From Macrostomum lignano (taxonomy: Eukaryota): 64,000 bases of DNA. Every line of letters begins with the position of its first letter. Positions within the stretch are counted from its first letter, which is position 1. The position numbers and the translations under genes are program-made. The stretch is taken from assembly GCA_002269645.1 (NCBI GenBank), contig NIVC01003046.1, positions 59,428 to 123,427 on the forward strand. The letters are read 5' to 3'. The notes below the pieces were generated by a model. That model saw nothing but the letters and a program-made list of their open reading frames with translations, had not been told where the DNA came from and did no database searches. Positions 59,375-64,000 of the stretch are shown here, in pieces.

Positions 59375-62134
59375 ATGGCACTCACAGCCAGCGCTATAAG
59401 GCAGTACACCTACAGCAGACTGGCCGACATAACAGTGGAGAGGAACTGCCTGAACGTCATCGCCGTAGTGTCGGACATTGTCCGGCCGCAGCGTCTGTCT
59501 CGCGGCTCGCATCGCGACGCCCTGATATTGGTGGCGCTGGCTGACGAGTCGTGCGACCGGCTTCTCACCACAGTGTTCGCGTCATCGCCAGACAAGTTGC
59601 CGAAATTTGTTCCCGGCTGCATTGTGATCGGGCATCGGCTGAAATCTGAAGTGTTTAACGGTGAGATGCGTCTTGCTGTGGTGCCAAGAATTGGCGGCAC
59701 CTTGTACGTATTGCCCGCGTCTAGCGACACGGAGACTGGCAACAATCTTGATGAGGATAGCGATGAGCAGCTGGCCAAGTCTATTATGTCGGATAGGAGA
59801 CAGTTTCCCCAGACTGCCGGCATCACGGATGTGGATCTGGCTCGCGTTAGGGTGAGTGGATTTATACCTGTGTGTGTCGCTAAGGGAATGTCGGGCCTGT
59901 GTGTGTCGCCAAGGGAATGTCGCATCTGTGTGTGTCGATAAGGGAATGCCGGACCTGCGTGTGTCGCTAAGGAATGTCGCACCTGTGTGTGTTGCTAAGG
60001 GAATGTCAGACCTGTGTGTGTCGCTAAGGGAATGTCGGACCTGCGTGTGTCGCTAAGGGAATGTCGGACCTGCGTGTGTCGCTAAGGGAATGTCGGACCT
60101 GCGTGTGTCGCTAAGGGAATGTCGGACCTGTGTGTCGCTAAGGGAATGTCGGACCTGTGTGTGTCGGAGGTAAGGGAGTGTAAGTGAATGCCTCTGTTAA
60201 GACTAATCCCAATTGTTAAACACCCAAATCCCAGGAGCTGCGCCGCTGGTTTCGCAATTACCAAGCAGCTCCATCTGGCCAGCGGCCTCAATCCGCCGCA
60301 TCGAGCAGCGGCGCCTCCTCCTCCTCCTCCTGCCCGCGAATCCAGCTGTCTGAGCTGTCGAAACTCCGTCTTCAATCCGGCGGCAGTCGCAAGTTTGTCG
60401 ACCTAGTCGCCCAAATTGTTGGCATCGGTCGGCTTGACGATACCTGCACCGTAGCGCGCGTCTGGGACGGCAGCGAAGTGTCCGCTGAGACCTTCCGGCC
60501 GGATCCTGCAGTGACTAACATAGAGATTGCTACCTGGCCCGAGCTGCCAGCTGACTGGCTAGCTGACAGGTACAGTGTCGACATATTCGTTTACGACGAG
60601 CACCAGGAGCCGTTGCTAACCAGCGTGCAGCTTGGCGACTTAGTGGAATTCGGCAACCTATCTGTGAAGCTGTTCAGAACCTCTGACTCCTCTAACAATG
60701 GCCTAGGCAACTGGCGCGAGCACCTGCTGTTGACTCTCAACGGTGGCGGTCGGAATTACAATCGGAGACTGTGCAAATTGGATCCGACATTCTGCAGCTT
60801 AGCCGCCAAGACTCATAAACAGTTGATGTTTGTGCGCAGCAGCTGGCTGCCAAAGAAACCACAGCCGCCGACTTCAGAGGCGGGTGGCGCCGCTGCAATC
60901 GATGCTGCAACAACTACCGTGGCAACGACTACTGCGCTTGTGACTAAGGCGGACGAGCGATTTGATGATGTTGAACGAATTGGCCTAGCCGAGCTGATCA
61001 AGTAGGTTTTCTTGGGGGCTTACCTGAGTCCTCAATAATCCTTAATTCCCTGTCTCTTCTCTAATCCTCAGCTTCCTATCTTCAGTAATGCCTAATTTAC
61101 AAATTTCAACTCTGCTCATTTAAACCCCAACTCTCTACTCACTTCCTCACGAATATCAACTCTCTACTCCCTAATCCCAACTCTCTGCACACTAATCCCC
61201 ACTCTCTCCACACTAATCCCAACTCTCTACTCACTAATCCCAACTCTTTACTCACTAATACCAACTCTACTCCCTAATCCCAACTCTACTTCCTAATCCC
61301 AACTCTCTACTCGCTAATCTCAACTCTACTCACTAATCCCAACTCTCTACTCACTAATCCCAACCCTACTCACTAATCCCAACTCTCTACTCACTAATCC
61401 CAACTCTCTGCTCACTAATCCCAACTCTCTGCACACTAATCCTCAATCCCCGAAAGATATCCTATTTTATTTCCATACCTTCACACCTGATTCCTCCTCC
61501 CCCCCCCCAGCTCGGCCAGCCAGTCGGATGCCGGGCGCAAGGTGGTTCGCGCCACCCTGATCCGCCTGCTGCCAACCACAGCCGATCGTTTAGTGTGGCT
61601 GCTGTGCCCCAACTGCCCGGACAGGGCTTGGGGACCGGAGGAGTTCTCTCTAGACGACAGCGAACACTTCGACAACAGCCAGCATCCGCCGAACGTCGAT
61701 TTAGACGCCGATAATCGACGTCAATGTCGGAGATGTCGACGTAATGGCAGCGACGGCGAATCTCGTTTAAGCGCCTCGCTGTGCCTCTGCCTGCACCTGA
61801 CTGACCCTGAGGCCGAGCTGCTCGCGTTCGTTTGGGACGCCGAAGTGTTGCGCTTGCTAGCCGGTTGCTATGACAACCAAGAAGATTATAATAGTAGCAA
61901 TATTAATGCGGAGCGGCTAGGTCAGGACGCCGATTTGAGGCGTCGAGTTTTTGGTCGATTGCGCGACCGCCTACCGACCGGGGCCAGGGTTGAACTGTCC
62001 CTACTGCACTATCGGCCGCCAATGGTACTCTGGTGTTCTCCGTCTGCGACACAAGTCTGCTGCCTGAGTCTGCGGTTGCCGCCTGCACAGCTGCTGATCA
62101 GAGTACTTACTCTAGCGTTGATGAAGATTATTAA
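59375..62134 (+). CDS. POT1: Protection of telomeres 1 homolog (OB1-OB2-OB3/Zn), about 620 aa; exons 59375-59851, 60235-61001, 61511-62134 with a 1-nt frameshift near 62018
   Basis: OB1: YTYSRL...LNVIAVV...LADES...FASSPDKLP...IVIGHRLK, then ELRRW. OB2: FVDLVAQIV...RVWDGS...YSVDIFVYDEH...VQLGDLVEFGNL. OB3: VRATLIRLLP...LLCPNC...CRRC...LHLTDPEAELLAFVWD. Junctions AGG|GTGAGT to CCCAG|GAG (phase 0) and AA|GTAGGT to CCCAG|C (phase 2). AATAAA at about 62267. Confidence 0.9.
59870..60165. repeat. About 30-bp minisatellite (GTGTGTCGCTAAGGGAATGTCGGACCTGC) in POT1 intron 1
   Basis: Direct periodicity, about 10 copies. Confidence 0.9.
61120..61445. repeat. About 21-bp degenerate minisatellite (CACTAATCCCAACTCTCTACT), about 14 copies, in POT1 intron 2
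   Basis: Direct periodicity. Confidence 0.9.
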
Positions 62135-62399
62135 ACTTTGCCTGTCATATTTTCAGCTTTTAATAATCTCCGATGCATTATGCACAATTTTAAAAGTTTA
62201 AAAACAAATTTATGCATTTTTGTGTTGGCGTTTAATGGTGCTGTATTATAATAACTATTGCAATTTAATAAAGTACATGCTTTTTAATACGAGAAAGGTC
62301 AACGTGTTTTGATTTTGATGTTTGACTTGATTTTCATATCATTTCTACGCTAATTTGGGTTATTTTATCTATGCATGCATAGTAATAGGGTTTGTAGGC

Positions 62400-63900
62400 T
62401 TCTGAGGATCTGGAAGGCTGGCCCAGCAACTGAGGATCTGGGAGGGCGCCCAGCAACTGAGGATCTGGGAGGGAGGCCCAGTAACTGAGGATCTGAGAGG
62501 GAGGCCCAGTAACTGAGTATCTGAGAGGGAGGCCAGTAACTGAGTATCTGAGAGGGAGGCCCAGCAACTGAGGATCTGGGAGGCTGACCAGAAACTGAGG
62601 ATCTGGGAGGCTGGCCCAGCAACTGATGATCTGGGAGGCTGGCCCAGAAACTGAGGATCTGGGAGGGTGGCCCAGCAAGTGAGGATCTGGGAGGGAGGCC
62701 CAGCAACTGAGGATCTGGGAGGGCCCAGCAAGTGAGGATCTGAGTAACTGAGGATCTGGGAGGGCGGCCCAGCAACTGAGAATCTGGGAGGGCGGCCCAG
62801 CAACTGAGGATCTGGGAGGCTGGCCCAGCAACTGAGGATCTGGGAGGGCGGCCCAGCAACTGAGGATCTGGAGGGCGGCCCAGCAACTGATGATCTGGGA
62901 GGGCGGCCCAGCAACTGAGAATCTGGGAGGGCGGCCCAGCAACTGAGAATCTGGGAGGAGGCCCAGCAAGTGAGGATCTGAGTAACTGAGGATCTGGAGG
63001 GCGGCCCAGCAACTGAGAATCTGGAGGGCGGCCCAGCAACTGAGGATCTGGGAGGCTGGCCCAGCAACTGAGGATCTGGGAGGGCGGCCAGCAACTGAGG
63101 ATCTGGGAGGGCGGCCCAGCAACTGATGATCTGGGAGGGCGGCCCAGCAACTGAGAATCTGGAGGGCGGCCCAGCAACTGAGAATCTGGGAGGGAGGCCC
63201 AGCAAGTGAGGATCTGAGTAACTGAGGATCTGGGAGGGCGGCCCAGCAACTGAGAATCTGGGAGGGCGCCCAGCAACTGAGGATCTGGGAGGCTGGCCCA
63301 GCAACTGAGGATCTGGGAGGGCGGCCCAGCAACTGAGGATCTGGGAGGGCGGCCCAGCAACTGAGAATCTGGAGGGCGGCCCAGCAACTGAGAATCTGGG
63401 AGGGCGGCCCAGCAACTGAGAATCTGGGAGGGCGGCCCAGCAACTGAGAATCTGGGAGGGCGGCCCAGCAACTGAGAATCTGGAGGCGGCCCAGCAACTG
63501 AGGATCTGGGAGGCTGGCCCAGCAACTGAGGATCTGGGAGGCTGGCCAGCAACTGAGAATCTGGAGCCTGGCCCAGCAACTGAAAATCTGGAGGGCGGCC
63601 AGCAACTGAGGATCTGGGAGGGAGGCCCAGCAACTGAGGATCTGGGAGGGAGGCCAGCAACTGAGAATCTGGGAGGGCGGCCCAGCAACTGAGGATCTGG
63701 GAGGGAGGCCAGCAACTGAGAATCTGGGAGGGCGGCCCAGCAACTGAGGATCTGGGAGGAGGCCCAGCAACTGAGGATCTGGGAGGGAGGCCCAGCAACT
63801 GAGGATCTGGGAGGGAGGCCCAGCAACTGAGTATCTGAGAGGAGGCCCAGCAACTGAGGATCTGGGAGGCTGGCCCAGCAGCTGAGGATCTGGGAGGGCG
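62400..63900. repeat. About 28-bp minisatellite, about 52 copies (CCCAGCAACTGAGGATCTGGGAGGGCGG)
   Basis: Direct periodicity. It explains the three long minus-strand ORFs at 62334-63969. Confidence 0.97.
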
Positions 63901-64000
63901 GCCGTGGCCCAGCAGCCTTAACCTGACAAATGCCAAAGATGGATTAGAAGCAGTGTATGTAGAGGGCAATCATATAAATAGAATATAAACAAAGTGCATT

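Noticed and set aside
61120-61445. Telomerase RNA template candidate (CUAAUCCCAAC resembles CUAACCCUAAC)
   Set aside because: It is a multi-copy degenerate array with a mismatch to TTAGGG, and no pseudoknot or H/ACA features are visible.

Overview
Eukaryotic (metazoan) genomic DNA. GC-rich exons with low-complexity Ala/Gly/Ser/Gln tracts, AT-rich spacers and introns filled with private mini/microsatellites suggest a free-living flatworm such as Macrostomum (inference). Host genes: a PLAT/LH2-domain gene (6.1-7.9 kb) with a truncated tandem paralog (9.2-9.9 kb); two uncharacterised multi-exon genes (10.6-12.7 kb and 14.1-18.6 kb); a 4-exon class C GPCR on the minus strand (21.2-27.2 kb); a 9-exon C2CD3 centriole gene (42.0-55.9 kb); and a 3-exon POT1 telomere-end-binding gene (59.4-62.1 kb). 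Mobile DNA: a 5'-truncated RTE-clade LINE with an intact RT frame and a 10-bp TSD, several hAT MITEs, a mariner MITE, a mariner transposase relic, a decayed Gypsy RT and a tRNA-derived SINE head. About 25 tandem arrays occupy roughly 30% of the window. I found no clear new multi-gene system. The best leads are a POT1 lacking most of the HJRL insert, an orphan class C receptor with a remodelled ligand pocket, an unnamed N-terminal domain shared by the PLAT gene pair, operon-like spacing with unpaired splice acceptors, motif-bearing minisatellites and a sharply CpG-depleted block. Exon models and alignments were made by eye.
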